From positions 1,504,001-1,568,000 of the forward strand of contig CBDBCY010000004.1 of the NCBI GenBank assembly GCA_965203555.1: 64,000 nt of DNA. The letters are read 5' to 3'. Position 1 is the stretch's first letter. Each line of letters opens with the position of its first letter. The stretch comes from Acidimicrobiia bacterium (GTDB lineage: Bacteria; Actinomycetota; Acidimicrobiia; Spongiisociales; ZC4RG35). Positions 37,535 to 47,718 of the stretch are shown here, in pieces. The position numbers and the translations under genes are program-made. The notes beneath the pieces are model-generated. The model was not told the origin of the DNA. It made no database searches and saw nothing but the letters and a program-made list of their open reading frames with translations.

Positions 37535-39271
37535 TTAGGCGCTTACCGTCACGTCTATGGTGTGATAACCGGTGGCCCCGTCGGGAGCGGGAGGCCGGCG
37601 GACATCGGTCTGAGTGACGCCTTCGCCGTCGGTGGCCCGCACCTGGAGTTTGTACTGGCCGGGCGCCGGATCCCAGGCCATTTGCCACTGTCTCCAAGAG
37701 TTGTCGGAGATCTCGGTGGACAACTCGGCGTCGACCCACGGTCCGTTGCCGATCTTCACCTCCACCCGGTCGATCCCCCGGTCGGGCGCCCAAGCCACAC
37801 CCGCGATCGCCCGTGGACCGGCCGCGATCCGACCTTCCCGGGGAGTGTCGATCCGAGACTGGGTCTTGACCGGCGCCTGCTTGGCCCATCCCCTCGGTAT
37901 CCAATAGGCGTCAAACCCGTCCCAGGTGGTCAACTCCAGTTCTGACAGCCATTTGGTTGCCGACACGTAGCCGTACAGCCCGGCAACCACCAGGCGCACC
38001 GGAAAACCGTGCTCGATGGGAAGGGGTTCGTCGTTCATGCCCACCGCCACCAGAGCATCACGTCCGTCGTAGGGGATGGTGGAAGGGAAACCGACCGTGA
38101 AGCCGTCCACCGAACGTCCCACGATCTGCTCAGCCTCCGGAAGGAGTCCGGCCTCGTCCAGAATCAGGCTGAGCGGCACGCCCAGCCACTTGGCGTGACC
38201 GACCAGTGATCCTCCCACCGAGTTGGAAACACAGGACAGCGTCACGTAGCGTTCCACGAACGGTCGTGTCAACAACTCCTCGAAGTTGATCTCGTAGGGA
38301 TTCTCCACCAGACCGGTCACCTTCAGAGTCCACTCCTCCAGGTTCACCTGCGGAGGCGTGAGAGCGGTGTCGATCAGGTAGAAGTCCTCGTTGGGGGTGA
38401 TAATGGGACTGATCCCCGGCACGTCCAGGGAGTGTCCGGCGGGAAGCGGACCGGCGCCCTCCACTGCCGGACCCGTGGTGGTGGTAGTCGCCTCGGCGGT
38501 GGTAGTGGTCGCTTCCGCCGCCGTGGTTCCGGCGCCGGTGGTGGAGGGGCCGGCTGTGGTAGAGGTAGTGGAAGGACTGGTGGCAGCCGTAGTCTCGGTC
38601 ACCTGCGGGAGCACCACCGTTTCCCGGCCCGCCAGGGCCTGCTTGGTGCGCTCCAACATGAAACGACCCCCGGCCGCCATCGCCACTCCCAAGCCAAGAA
38701 CGGCTCCGGCGCCCACCAGGAATCTTCGACGCGTAACATCGTCCGGCGCCTCCGTCTCTTCGACCACTTCCCCCACCGCAACCCGGTCATCTCCAGGGTC
38801 GGACAATGCCGCTTGTTCGGCTCTCGGGGCAGGCCCGCCGACCTGGCGGTAGAGAATTCTCAGGGCGGCCAGCGCCACCGCGGCAGCCACCACCGCGCTG
38901 ATGACGGCGATAAACCAACTGACCCCCGGCTCCCTGCTCAGAGAGAAGGCGCCCAACAGGCCGAACAGCCCGAACACCCCCACGGCCACCGCCCAACGAC
39001 GGGCCGCCCATATTCCCACCAGTGCCCCCAACACGATGGTCACTACCACCATTCCGATGATCAGCGCCAACTTGTCGTATATACCGAACACCGCAATGGC
39101 GAAATCCTTGACCGGAGGGGGCACGTAATCGATAGCCAAACCCCCTACCGCTTCAGTGAGAGAGATGGAGACCGGGGATATTCCGGCTATGAGTTCACCG
39201 GTGGCAAGCGCCAGCGCCGCCGCCAGCGCCCCGGCTATCCCATAGCGAGCACGAGATGAAGAAAAACGCAT
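37535..39271 (-). CDS. Membrane-anchored molybdopterin oxidoreductase (sulfite oxidase family)
   Basis: N-terminal TMs, internal TRRRFL, Thr-rich linker, FYLID, TLSCVSN (Mo-Cys), HGFPVRL..GLYG..ATKW. Confidence 0.9.
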   Translation of the reverse strand: MRFSSSRARYGIAGALAAALALATGELIAGISPVSISLTEAVGGLAIDYVPPPVKDFAIAVFGIYDKLALIIGMVVVTIVLGALVGIWAARRWAVAVGVFGLFGLLGAFSLSREPGVSWFIAVISAVVAAAVALAALRILYRQVGGPAPRAEQAALSDPGDDRVAVGEVVEETEAPDDVTRRRFLVGAGAVLGLGVAMAAGGRFMLERTKQALAGRETVVLPQVTETTAATSPSTTSTTAGPSTTGAGTTAAEATTTTAEATTTTTGPAVEGAGPLPAGHSLDVPGISPIITPNEDFYLIDTALTPPQVNLEEWTLKVTGLVENPYEINFEELLTRPFVERYVTLSCVSNSVGGSLVGHAKWLGVPLSLILDEAGLLPEAEQIVGRSVDGFTVGFPSTIPYDGRDALVAVGMNDEPLPIEHGFPVRLVVAGLYGYVSATKWLSELELTTWDGFDAYWIPRGWAKQAPVKTQSRIDTPREGRIAAGPRAIAGVAWAPDRGIDRVEVKIGNGPWVDAELSTEISDNSWRQWQMAWDPAPGQYKLQVRATDGEGVTQTDVRRPPAPDGATGYHTIDVTVSA

Positions 39272-39355
39272 TTTCTCAGAATACCTCCAACCGGAAGATA
39301 AAACTTCGCGATAATCCGGACAATGCCCCGTTGAGACGGCCGCCGGACGGTGGGG

Positions 39356-40207
39356 TCAAGCGGCCGGAACTTCTCCCGGATCAGGACCGGTCACTACGAG
39401 GCGATCCGGGTTACCGGACCAGTCGCTCCACGAACCCTCGTAGAGAAGCCCGGAGAAACCCGCTACTTCCATGGCCAGCAGGTTATGACATGCTGTGACG
39501 CCGCTCCCACAGTATGCGACGGTGGGCTCGGAGTCCTCCACTCCCAACCGGCGGAAGCGCCGCTTCAGATCTTCATCAGACAGGAACACCCCTTCTGAGG
39601 TCAGATTCTTCCCGAAGAAGGCGCTGAAAGCAGTGGGAATGTGGCCGGCCCGTGGGTCAATGGTCTCGTTCTCGCCGCGGTAACGGTCCTCCGAGCGGGC
39701 GTCCAGGATCAAGCTGCGGCCCAAGAGGTTGTGCACCTGTTCTCCATCCACCCGCCCGGTCCACCCGCCCGGCGGCGGATACTCCATGGTGGTGACTGCC
39801 GGAAGTTCCGCGGTTTCCGGTAATCCGGCTTTCCGCCAGGCAGGAAAACCTCCGTCCAGCACCAAAGCCGACCGATGTCCCACTGAGCTCAGCATCCACC
39901 ACAATCGGGCGGCGATCGCCCCACCTGAAGAGTCATAGGCCACTACGGTGTGATCGGGTCCGATCCCCATTCGCCCCAGAGTGCGTGCGAAAACCCCCGG
40001 GGACGGCAACGGATGACGCCCCGGACCTTCGGGTCCGCTCAAATCGGTGTCCAGATCAACAAACCGTGCGCCGGGAAGATGGGAACGCCCGTATTCAGCC
40101 TTTCCCTGCTCAGGATCAGCCAGGTACCACCGGACATCACATATCACCAATGAAGGGTCCGACAGCCGTCCCGCCAATTCCTCCACCGTCATCAAAGCCA
40201 CGGGCAT
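39356..40207 (-). CDS. Tandem-rhodanese sulfurtransferase (SseA/MST-like)
   Basis: Motifs HLPGARF, GRHPLP, LDGG, GHIP, YCGSGVTA, YEGSWSDW. Confidence 0.92.
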   Translation of the reverse strand: MPVALMTVEELAGRLSDPSLVICDVRWYLADPEQGKAEYGRSHLPGARFVDLDTDLSGPEGPGRHPLPSPGVFARTLGRMGIGPDHTVVAYDSSGGAIAARLWWMLSSVGHRSALVLDGGFPAWRKAGLPETAELPAVTTMEYPPPGGWTGRVDGEQVHNLLGRSLILDARSEDRYRGENETIDPRAGHIPTAFSAFFGKNLTSEGVFLSDEDLKRRFRRLGVEDSEPTVAYCGSGVTACHNLLAMEVAGFSGLLYEGSWSDWSGNPDRLVVTGPDPGEVPAA

Positions 40208-40219
40208 GACCTCCGGAGA

Positions 40220-40687
40220 TCAGGGTCCTTGCGGGTCTTGACCGCGAGGACCCGCATCCTCCTCCGCGGTATCGGCCCTCGCATTGGTTGAGTGCGGTTC
40301 GGCGCCGGAGTCCTGCCGGCCTTCACCCCTTTCCTCCAAGCGGCTGCGCAGTTCGGCTGCCCATTCCGAGAACATGGTGGCGATTGCGGCCACCGCCGTC
40401 TTGGTGGTTCTTTGAACCTGCTGTTTCACTGCCGGGTCCTTGAGGGTGTTGCCGGCGCCCGCCACCATGTGGGTTAGGGCGCCTCCCAGAGTGCGAAGGG
40501 CCCGCGTTACCTCGTCCCGGGAGGGTCCTTCCGCCGCTGCATCCTGGTAGCTTGAGCGAAAGCTGCTGCGGAGAGAATCGAACTCCTCGCCGGTACCCTG
40601 CCATCCGGACCCGTTCTCGCCGGCCCCCTGACCTCGACCGGCATCATTATCGGGTGTCTCGCCTTGGCCATCCGGCGAATTGCCCAT
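40220..40687 (-). CDS. Hypothetical protein with amphipathic helices
   Basis: Fills the gap between the exonuclease and the sulfurtransferase; coding-like codon usage from ATG 40687. Confidence 0.6.
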   Translation of the reverse strand: MGNSPDGQGETPDNDAGRGQGAGENGSGWQGTGEEFDSLRSSFRSSYQDAAAEGPSRDEVTRALRTLGGALTHMVAGAGNTLKDPAVKQQVQRTTKTAVAAIATMFSEWAAELRSRLEERGEGRQDSGAEPHSTNARADTAEEDAGPRGQDPQGP

Positions 40688-40699
40688 ACCATTTTTGGA

Positions 40700-41572
40700 A
40701 TGTTCGTTCATCTGCTTGATGGTACCTACGAGTTGTTCCGGGCCTACTTCGGGTTTCCTTCCCGCAAGGCGCCCGATGGGCGGGAGGTCGGAGCGGTATA
40801 CGGGTTGTTGAACACGACCCTTTCCCTTCTGCGGGATCCCCGGTTGACCCATATCGCGGCGGCTACCGACACCGTGATAGAGAGTTTTAGAAATGACATG
40901 TACCACGGCTACAAGACGGGCGTCGGGGTTCCCGAAGATCTCATGGGACAGTTCGGACTCGCCGAGCGGGCCTTCCGCGCGCTGGGAGTGACCGTGTGGG
41001 GAATGATCGAATTCGAAGCCGACGACGCCATGGCCACCGGCGCCCATCGCTTTTCTTCCCATGCCGACCGAGTGATCCTGGTGAGTCCTGACAAGGACCT
41101 GACCCAGTGCGTAGCCGGGCGCCGGGTGGTTACATTCGACCGGCGCCAGAACCGGATGCTGGACGCCGACGGAGTGGTGGCGAAATTCGGTGTGTCGCCG
41201 GCCTCCATCCCCGACTATCTGGCGCTGGTGGGAGATTCGGCCGACGGGATCCCCGGAATTCCGACGTGGGGCGCCAAGTCCTCTTCAGTGGTGCTGGCGC
41301 ATTACCGTCACCTGGAGTTCATACCGCCCGATCCCGCCAAGTGGGAGGTGAAGGTGCGGGGCGCGGCGCGTCTGTCCGCCAACCTGAACGAGCGGCAGGA
41401 GGAAGCCCTCCTGTTCCGGGAACTGACCACCCTTCGCCGCGATGCTCCCATCTCCCGCTCCGTGGAGGAGATTGCCTGGCGGGGAGTCAACCGCGCCGAA
41501 TACGATGCTCTGTGTTCGGAGTTGGGGTTTCGCAATCCCCCATCGGTACACCGCTGGGACCAGGAACCCTGA
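40700..41572 (+). CDS. Stand-alone 5'-3' exonuclease / flap endonuclease
   Basis: Motifs LLDG, SFRN..Y..YK, EADD, SPDKDL, LVGDSADGIPG..WGAK. Confidence 0.93.
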   Translation: MFVHLLDGTYELFRAYFGFPSRKAPDGREVGAVYGLLNTTLSLLRDPRLTHIAAATDTVIESFRNDMYHGYKTGVGVPEDLMGQFGLAERAFRALGVTVWGMIEFEADDAMATGAHRFSSHADRVILVSPDKDLTQCVAGRRVVTFDRRQNRMLDADGVVAKFGVSPASIPDYLALVGDSADGIPGIPTWGAKSSSVVLAHYRHLEFIPPDPAKWEVKVRGAARLSANLNERQEEALLFRELTTLRRDAPISRSVEEIAWRGVNRAEYDALCSELGFRNPPSVHRWDQEP

Positions 41573-41580
41573 GAGTTCGG

Positions 41581-42390
41581 TCAGTTACCGGTGAAACGGG
41601 GCGATCGGCGCTCCATGAACGCCGCCACCGCCTCATTGAGATCATCGGACTCCAAAAAAGCGGTGTTCCACAGTGCCACGTAGTCCAGCGCTTCGCCCAC
41701 CGACCGGCCCTGCTCGGCGGCGAGCACGGCCTTGGCTCCCTGCACGGCCAGCGGGGAGTTGGAAGCGATCTGCCCAGCCCACTCCGCGGCGCCGACCAGC
41801 AGGGCTTTCCGATCGGGGTACACCTGGTTGACCAGTCCCATCTGTTCGGCCCGGGCGGCGTCGATGTCCTTGCCGGTGTACACCAACTCGGCCACATGGC
41901 CCGCAGAAACCAACCTGGGCAACCGCTCCAGCGTTCCCATGTCAGCCACCATCGCCATCCGGGTCTCTCGCACCGAGAACAGCGCGTCGGAGGCTGCCAG
42001 GCGAATATCGCAGGCGGTTATCAGGTCCATGCCTGCTCCGAGGCACCACCCGTGCACGGCCGCGATCACCGGAACCGCACATGATTCCAACGAGGAAAAG
42101 GTCTTCTGCAACTCCTTGAGGCGCAGGAACAGGGCTCGCTTGACCGCGGCGGGGGAACCGTGGGTGGGGGCCAAATCTCCCAGCATTGTCAGGTCGATAC
42201 CCACCGTGAACGCCCGACCGCGGCCGGTCACAATTATCACTCGAACCTCCGAACGAGCGCTCAACTCTTCCACCGCCCGGGGCAGGTCCTCCCATAGGTC
42301 CGGTGAAAAGGCATTCATTTTGTGGGGACGATTCAGCCACAGCCAGCCGACGTTCCCCTCCGTTTCGATTTCAATGTGCTTGTAACTCAC
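41581..42390 (-). CDS. Enoyl-CoA hydratase/isomerase
   Basis: Motifs LNRPHKMNA, FTVGIDL, PVIAAVHGWCLGAG, ACDIR. Start GTG 42390. Confidence 0.92.
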   Translation of the reverse strand: MSYKHIEIETEGNVGWLWLNRPHKMNAFSPDLWEDLPRAVEELSARSEVRVIIVTGRGRAFTVGIDLTMLGDLAPTHGSPAAVKRALFLRLKELQKTFSSLESCAVPVIAAVHGWCLGAGMDLITACDIRLAASDALFSVRETRMAMVADMGTLERLPRLVSAGHVAELVYTGKDIDAARAEQMGLVNQVYPDRKALLVGAAEWAGQIASNSPLAVQGAKAVLAAEQGRSVGEALDYVALWNTAFLESDDLNEAVAAFMERRSPRFTGN

Positions 42391-42436
42391 AGCCACAAGG
42401 ATATAGACGCCAGGGAAGCTAGCCTTCCAAGCGTCG

Positions 42437-44035
42437 ATGCCAGTCCTCCCCACCAAAATCGACCGGTCGTCCCCGGACTTTCGATCCAACCGGGAGGCAA
42501 TGCTGACCGGGTTGTCCGAATTCGAGCAGCTAATGGCCAAAGCCCGGGAAGGGGGAGGACCCAAGTACGTGAGACGCCATCTGGCTCGGGGGAAACTTTT
42601 GGCCCGCCAGCGAATCGAAATGCTTCTGGACAGAGACTCTCCGTTCCTGGAGTTGTCGACCCTGGCTTGCTGGGGTACCGACAAGAAGTTGGGGGCGAAC
42701 CTGGTGACGGGGATCGGAGTGGTGGAAGGAGTGGAGTGCGTGATCTCCGCCAACGATCCCACCAGCCAGGCGGGATCCATGCACCGGACCGGCGTCGTGA
42801 AGGGCATGCGCGCCCAGGACATCGCCCGGGCCAACCGGTTGCCGCTGATCAGCCTGGTGGAGTCCGGCGGGGCGGTCCTTCCCGAGCAGGCCGAGGTGTT
42901 CGTGCGGGCGGGCGCGACTTTTCGCAACCTCACCCAACTTTCCCAGCTGGGCATCCCCACCATCGCGTTGGTGTTCGGCAATTCCACGGCCGGCGGCGCC
43001 TATCTGCCGGGGATGGCCGACTACGCGGTGATGGTAAAGGAGCGCGCCAAGGTGTTTTTGGGAGGACCACCGCTGGTGAAGATGGCCACCGGAGAGGAAT
43101 CCACCGACGAGGACCTGGGCGGAGCGGAGATGCACTCCCGGGTGTCGGGGCTGTCGGACTACTTCGCCGTCGACGAACTGGACGCCTTGCGAATCGGACG
43201 GGAGATCGTAGCCCATCTCAACTGGCGCAAGCAAGGCTATGGGCCGACCCATCCGGTTACCGAGCCGGAACACGACCCTGAGGATCTGTTGGGAATCATC
43301 CCCCAGGACCTGCGGATTCCTTTCGATATGCGAGAGGTCTTGGGCAGGGTCCTGGACGGCTCGGTGTTCGACGAGTACAAGGCTTTGTACGGCCCCTCGA
43401 TCGTGACCGGCTGGGGGTCGGTACACGGATTCGCGGTGGGGGTGGTGGCCAATCAGCAGGGGGTGATCTTCTCGGAGGAAGCCCACAAGGCCACCGAGTT
43501 CATCATGCTGTGCAACCGCTACGACGTCCCCATCATCTTCATCCACAACACCACCGGCTACATGGTGGGCCGCGATTACGAGCAGCGGGGGATCATCAAG
43601 GACGGGGCCAAGATGATCAACGCGGTGGCCAACTCCACCGTCCCCCACATTTCACTGCTGGCAGGGGTCTCCTACGGGGCGGGAAACTACGGGATGTCGG
43701 GAAGAGCATACGATCCTCGCTTCATGTTCGGTTGGCCCAATCACAAGATCGCGGTGATGGGACCCAAGCAACTGGCCGGGGTAATGTCCATTATCCGCCG
43801 GGCAGCCGCCGAGAGCCGGGGAGAACCCTACGACGACGATCTCGACGCTGCCGTCAGAGCCAAGATCGAGAACCAGATCTCGGCCGAAGAACTAGCCTAT
43901 TTCGCCACTTCCCGCATCTGGGACGACGGGTTGGTCGACCCCCGGGATACCCGCACCGTGCTGGGAATTGTTCTCTCTGCTGTCCACTCGGGGCCGGTGC
44001 AGGGTACCAGTTCCTTCGGCGTGTTCCGAATGTGA
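42437..44035 (+). CDS. Acyl-CoA carboxylase carboxyltransferase (beta) subunit, MCC/geranyl-CoA carboxylase-like
   Basis: Motifs RGKLLARQRI, VESGGA.LP, GNSTAGGAY, FLGGPPLV, SYGAGNYGM, WDDG, GVFRM. Confidence 0.93.
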   Translation: MPVLPTKIDRSSPDFRSNREAMLTGLSEFEQLMAKAREGGGPKYVRRHLARGKLLARQRIEMLLDRDSPFLELSTLACWGTDKKLGANLVTGIGVVEGVECVISANDPTSQAGSMHRTGVVKGMRAQDIARANRLPLISLVESGGAVLPEQAEVFVRAGATFRNLTQLSQLGIPTIALVFGNSTAGGAYLPGMADYAVMVKERAKVFLGGPPLVKMATGEESTDEDLGGAEMHSRVSGLSDYFAVDELDALRIGREIVAHLNWRKQGYGPTHPVTEPEHDPEDLLGIIPQDLRIPFDMREVLGRVLDGSVFDEYKALYGPSIVTGWGSVHGFAVGVVANQQGVIFSEEAHKATEFIMLCNRYDVPIIFIHNTTGYMVGRDYEQRGIIKDGAKMINAVANSTVPHISLLAGVSYGAGNYGMSGRAYDPRFMFGWPNHKIAVMGPKQLAGVMSIIRRAAAESRGEPYDDDLDAAVRAKIENQISAEELAYFATSRIWDDGLVDPRDTRTVLGIVLSAVHSGPVQGTSSFGVFRM

Positions 44036-44427
44036 AGCCCCAACGGCTCCTCCAATGAGGATTCATTCTCCCGCGGGTTCGGTGAACCCAGAAGGGAACT
44101 CGGCATCTTTGTCACAGTCAAATCACATAGTGTGCTTATCAACAACCACCGTTCCTCGGGCAGGGTTCCACCCAAGCAACGGGATCACCACAGGCGGAAC
44201 AACACATCCGGCAAGGTTCCACCGGATACAACCGTCTTCACATTGCCGGAAACGGCTTCTCCAACCCGGGGTGGCCACGGCAGGCGTCAGCTTGCCCCCG
44301 CCTCGTTCCGACCCGGCATGGCGGCGGTGGGGGTGGGCCCGTAAGGGCTGATTCGCGGATAAGGCGAGGACGAACCCGAATTCTCCGCCTGGGAGGCCGA
44401 GGACTGTTAAAATTTGCTTATCTGACG

Positions 44428-46638
44428 TTGAATATTTTTCCACTGACGGCATGGAACCTCGCCGACAAGAGACGACTGGCCGGACTTGTCGGAGTTGCAG
44501 TGGTGTTGTTCGTCCTTGCCGGCTGCGGAGCGGTTGAAGAACAGAGCGCTCCCATCTCCGATGCTTCTCCCGCCACCGGCCCCGAAGGCGGGTTCGCAGG
44601 GACCGTGCGCATCGGCGCCGCTTTGAGCGAAACCGGCAAATTCGCGGTGGAGGGCCGCGACTCCCGGCAGGGGTACGACACATGGGTGAAGTGGGTGAAT
44701 GAACAATATGGCGGCATCAGGATCGACGGGAAACGCTACGCGGCGGAGATCATCTACTACGACGACGAGTCGGACGCCGATACCGCCGCCAACCTGGTGC
44801 AGAAACTCATCGACGACGACCGGGTCGACTTTCTGCTCGGTCCCTACTCGAGCGGTCTCACCACCGGCGCCAGCGCCATCGCCGAGGCGAACAACGTGAT
44901 CATGGTGGAGGGAAACGGGACCTCGGACACCATGTTCGAGCGCGGCTTCCGCAACCTGTTCCTGGTGGCCACGATCGCCAGCGACTACACGAAGTCGGGG
45001 ATCGAGTTGTTGGCCGGCCAAGGAGCGCGCCGCGCGGTGATCGCCTACGAGGACACCTCCTTTCCCACCTCCGTGGCAAACGGAGCGATCCGTCACCTCG
45101 AAGACAACGGCATAGAAGTCCTGGCGGTGGAAACCTACCCAAAGGACATACAGGATGTCTCGGCCATAATGACCAAGTTCCGGGATCTGGCGCCGGACAT
45201 CTTCGTGGGGGGAGGCCACTACAACGATGCGGTGCTGTTCGTGAACTCGGCCAAGGAACTGGGATTCGCCCCCCAGGGCATGCTGATCACCGTGGGTCCG
45301 TCCAACCCCAAGCTGGTCGAGGAACTGGGGGAGGATGTGAACGGCGTGCTGGGGCCCACCCAGTGGGAGCCGGTCATGGCCTACCAGGGTCCCTACTTCG
45401 GGTCGGCTTCCGACTTCGCCGCCTATTACGAGAGCCTGTGGGGAGAACCCCCTGTTTACCAGGCGGCCAGCGCCACCGCATCCGCCCTGGCTTTGCACCT
45501 CGCCATCGAGGCGGCCGACACCACCGACACCGATAAGGTGCGAGAGGCCCTCTATGCCCTGCAGGCCGACACTTTCTATGGCCCCATCTCCTTCGATGAC
45601 CGGGGCGTCAACACCGCCAAGCCGATGGGCACTGTCCAGGTGCAGGACGGTCAGATCCTGGTGGTGGCTCCCGCTGCCGCGGCAGTTGCCGAATACTCCC
45701 TTCCGACTGCGGGGACACTGCACCGCGGCACAGGATCCTTCGGCATGGACCGGTTGGCACAGGCCCTGATCAACGGCATCGCCCTGGGCGGCATGTACAC
45801 GATCCTGGTGCTGGGATTCTCCGTTATCTGGGGCGTGATGGGGGTGATCAACTTCGCCCACGGCGAGTTCGTGATGATCGGCGCCTACCTGGCTTGGCTG
45901 GCCAGCGAGATCTGGGGGGTGGACCCCTTTGCCTCGGCGCTTCTCGTCTTCGTGGTGATGCTGGCCTTGGGCTACGCCACGCAACGTCTGGTGGTGAACC
46001 CGATACTCGACCGCTCCCACCTGGTGTCGCTGCTGGTGATGTTCGGCGTGGCGATCATGTTGCAAAACGCCATGAAGCTCGTCTTCTCCGCCGACTTCCG
46101 CCGCACTGACACCGCCTTTGGAGGCGCCTGGGAACTGGCCGACGGAGTCACCGTGCCAGTGACCCGGTTTTGGATACTGCTCGTGGCCCTGGCTGTGGCG
46201 GCCGCCTTGACGCTGTTCCTGATGCACACCCGCCTCGGCAAGAGCATCAGGGCCGCTGCCCAGAATCGTGAGGCGGCCCGTATCGTCGGCATCGACGTCT
46301 CCAGAGTGTACGCGGTGACCTTTGCGATCTGCATCGGCATCACCGGCCTGGCAGGCGCCCTGATCAGCCCGGTGCTGGCCATCCAGCCATTCCAAGGCCC
46401 GCCGCTCACTCTCAAGGCCTTCGCCATCACCGCCATGGCAGGCCTTGGTTCGGTGCGGGGCGCCTTGGGCGGAGCGATGCTGCTGGGGATAGTGGAAGCC
46501 GGGCTCGCCATCTACATTCCCAGGATCGGCACCAACCTGGCGGTGGTGGCCTCCTTCGTGTTCCTGGTAGCGGCCCTGGTGTTGCGCCCCCAGGGTATCT
46601 TCCGGGGGCTGAGACCGGTGGACGCCACGGCATCATGA
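44428..46638 (+). CDS. Branched-chain-amino-acid-type ABC substrate-binding lipoprotein fused to LivH-like permease
   Basis: Lipobox LAGC and PBP1 domain (YYDDES, LLGPYSS), then in frame MDRLAQALING...INFAHGEF...TRLGKSIRA permease. Confidence 0.85.
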   Translation: MNIFPLTAWNLADKRRLAGLVGVAVVLFVLAGCGAVEEQSAPISDASPATGPEGGFAGTVRIGAALSETGKFAVEGRDSRQGYDTWVKWVNEQYGGIRIDGKRYAAEIIYYDDESDADTAANLVQKLIDDDRVDFLLGPYSSGLTTGASAIAEANNVIMVEGNGTSDTMFERGFRNLFLVATIASDYTKSGIELLAGQGARRAVIAYEDTSFPTSVANGAIRHLEDNGIEVLAVETYPKDIQDVSAIMTKFRDLAPDIFVGGGHYNDAVLFVNSAKELGFAPQGMLITVGPSNPKLVEELGEDVNGVLGPTQWEPVMAYQGPYFGSASDFAAYYESLWGEPPVYQAASATASALALHLAIEAADTTDTDKVREALYALQADTFYGPISFDDRGVNTAKPMGTVQVQDGQILVVAPAAAAVAEYSLPTAGTLHRGTGSFGMDRLAQALINGIALGGMYTILVLGFSVIWGVMGVINFAHGEFVMIGAYLAWLASEIWGVDPFASALLVFVVMLALGYATQRLVVNPILDRSHLVSLLVMFGVAIMLQNAMKLVFSADFRRTDTAFGGAWELADGVTVPVTRFWILLVALAVAAALTLFLMHTRLGKSIRAAAQNREAARIVGIDVSRVYAVTFAICIGITGLAGALISPVLAIQPFQGPPLTLKAFAITAMAGLGSVRGALGGAMLLGIVEAGLAIYIPRIGTNLAVVASFVFLVAALVLRPQGIFRGLRPVDATAS

Positions 46639-46668
46639 CTCAGACAGGCCTGAGAAAGAAGAGTCCTC

Positions 46669-47718
46669 ATGAATAGAGGCCCAATGACCGCCATCCACGA
46701 CAGGGGCGCCCAGCACTGTCGTCTGCGTCAGGCAGGCTGGGCCTTTTCGTCGATGGCGGTCGCCCTCCTTGTGGTGTTGCCGCTTTTGCCGACTGTAACC
46801 AACGCTACCCTTTTCACCCTCACGCTGATGCTGACCACCGTAGGGGTGGCCGTGAATTGGAATCTCACCGGCGGATTCACCGGCTACGTTGACTTCGGAC
46901 ACGCGGTGTGGTTCGGGATCGGCGCCTACACCACGGCCATATTCATGTCCCTGCAAAGCAACGGCCCGCAGATCGGCTGGTCGCCCATCCCCGCCATCGG
47001 GTTGGGCGCCTTGGTGGCCGGCATCCTGGCGGCGGCTATCGGCAGAGCGACCATGAGGCTCAAAGGACCTTACTTCTCGATCGCCATGCTGGGGACGTTC
47101 GTCGCCATGCGGGAGATCGTGCGGGTGTCGGGCATCACCGGCGGAGGGGTGGGACTCACACTGCCTCCCTACCTCAACCGATCGCTCTTCTACTACATAC
47201 AACTGGTGCTGGTGGTAGCGCTGGTGGCATTCACCTGGTGGCTGCGCCGGACCCGCTTCGGCGCTGGTCTGGTGGCGATCCGAGAAGACGAGATCGGTGC
47301 CGAGATGCGGGGTATCGACACCACCAGTCTCAAAGTCAGCGTATTCTGTTTCGCGGGCTTTTCCACCGGGTTGTTCGGAGGACTGTGGGCCTACCAGAAC
47401 ACCTTCGTCGATCCTGACATCGCCTTCGTGGAGGTGCGCACGATTGACGCGGTGATCAGCACGATGCTCGGGGGACTGGGCACTGTCGCCGGACCGGTGG
47501 TCGGCGCGGTGGTGCTGTACTGGCTGCGGGAGGTACTGTGGGCGAACCTTCTGGACTATCACCTGCTGACCCAGGGCGCCCTGTTGATCGTGATCGTCCT
47601 GTTCATACCGCGTGGTCTGGTGGGACTGGTTGATCGGCGAGGGACCTCGGTCACCGCCATGTGGAGACGCTGGGTGGGAAGCAAGACCACGCCCGTTGAG
47701 CGGGAGGACGACCCGTGA
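46669..47718 (+). CDS. LivM-like ABC permease
   Basis: Motifs WNLTGGFTGYVDFGH, RLKGPYFSI, AIREDE, LGGLGT..GP. Confidence 0.92.
   Translation: MNRGPMTAIHDRGAQHCRLRQAGWAFSSMAVALLVVLPLLPTVTNATLFTLTLMLTTVGVAVNWNLTGGFTGYVDFGHAVWFGIGAYTTAIFMSLQSNGPQIGWSPIPAIGLGALVAGILAAAIGRATMRLKGPYFSIAMLGTFVAMREIVRVSGITGGGVGLTLPPYLNRSLFYYIQLVLVVALVAFTWWLRRTRFGAGLVAIREDEIGAEMRGIDTTSLKVSVFCFAGFSTGLFGGLWAYQNTFVDPDIAFVEVRTIDAVISTMLGGLGTVAGPVVGAVVLYWLREVLWANLLDYHLLTQGALLIVIVLFIPRGLVGLVDRRGTSVTAMWRRWVGSKTTPVEREDDP

Noticed and set aside
38470-38600. Thr-rich low-complexity repeats (also at 9115-9175)
   Set aside because: Ordinary flexible linkers of surface proteins, not a separate element.
44407-46395. 662-aa minus-strand ORF
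   Set aside because: Antisense shadow of the SBP-LivH gene.
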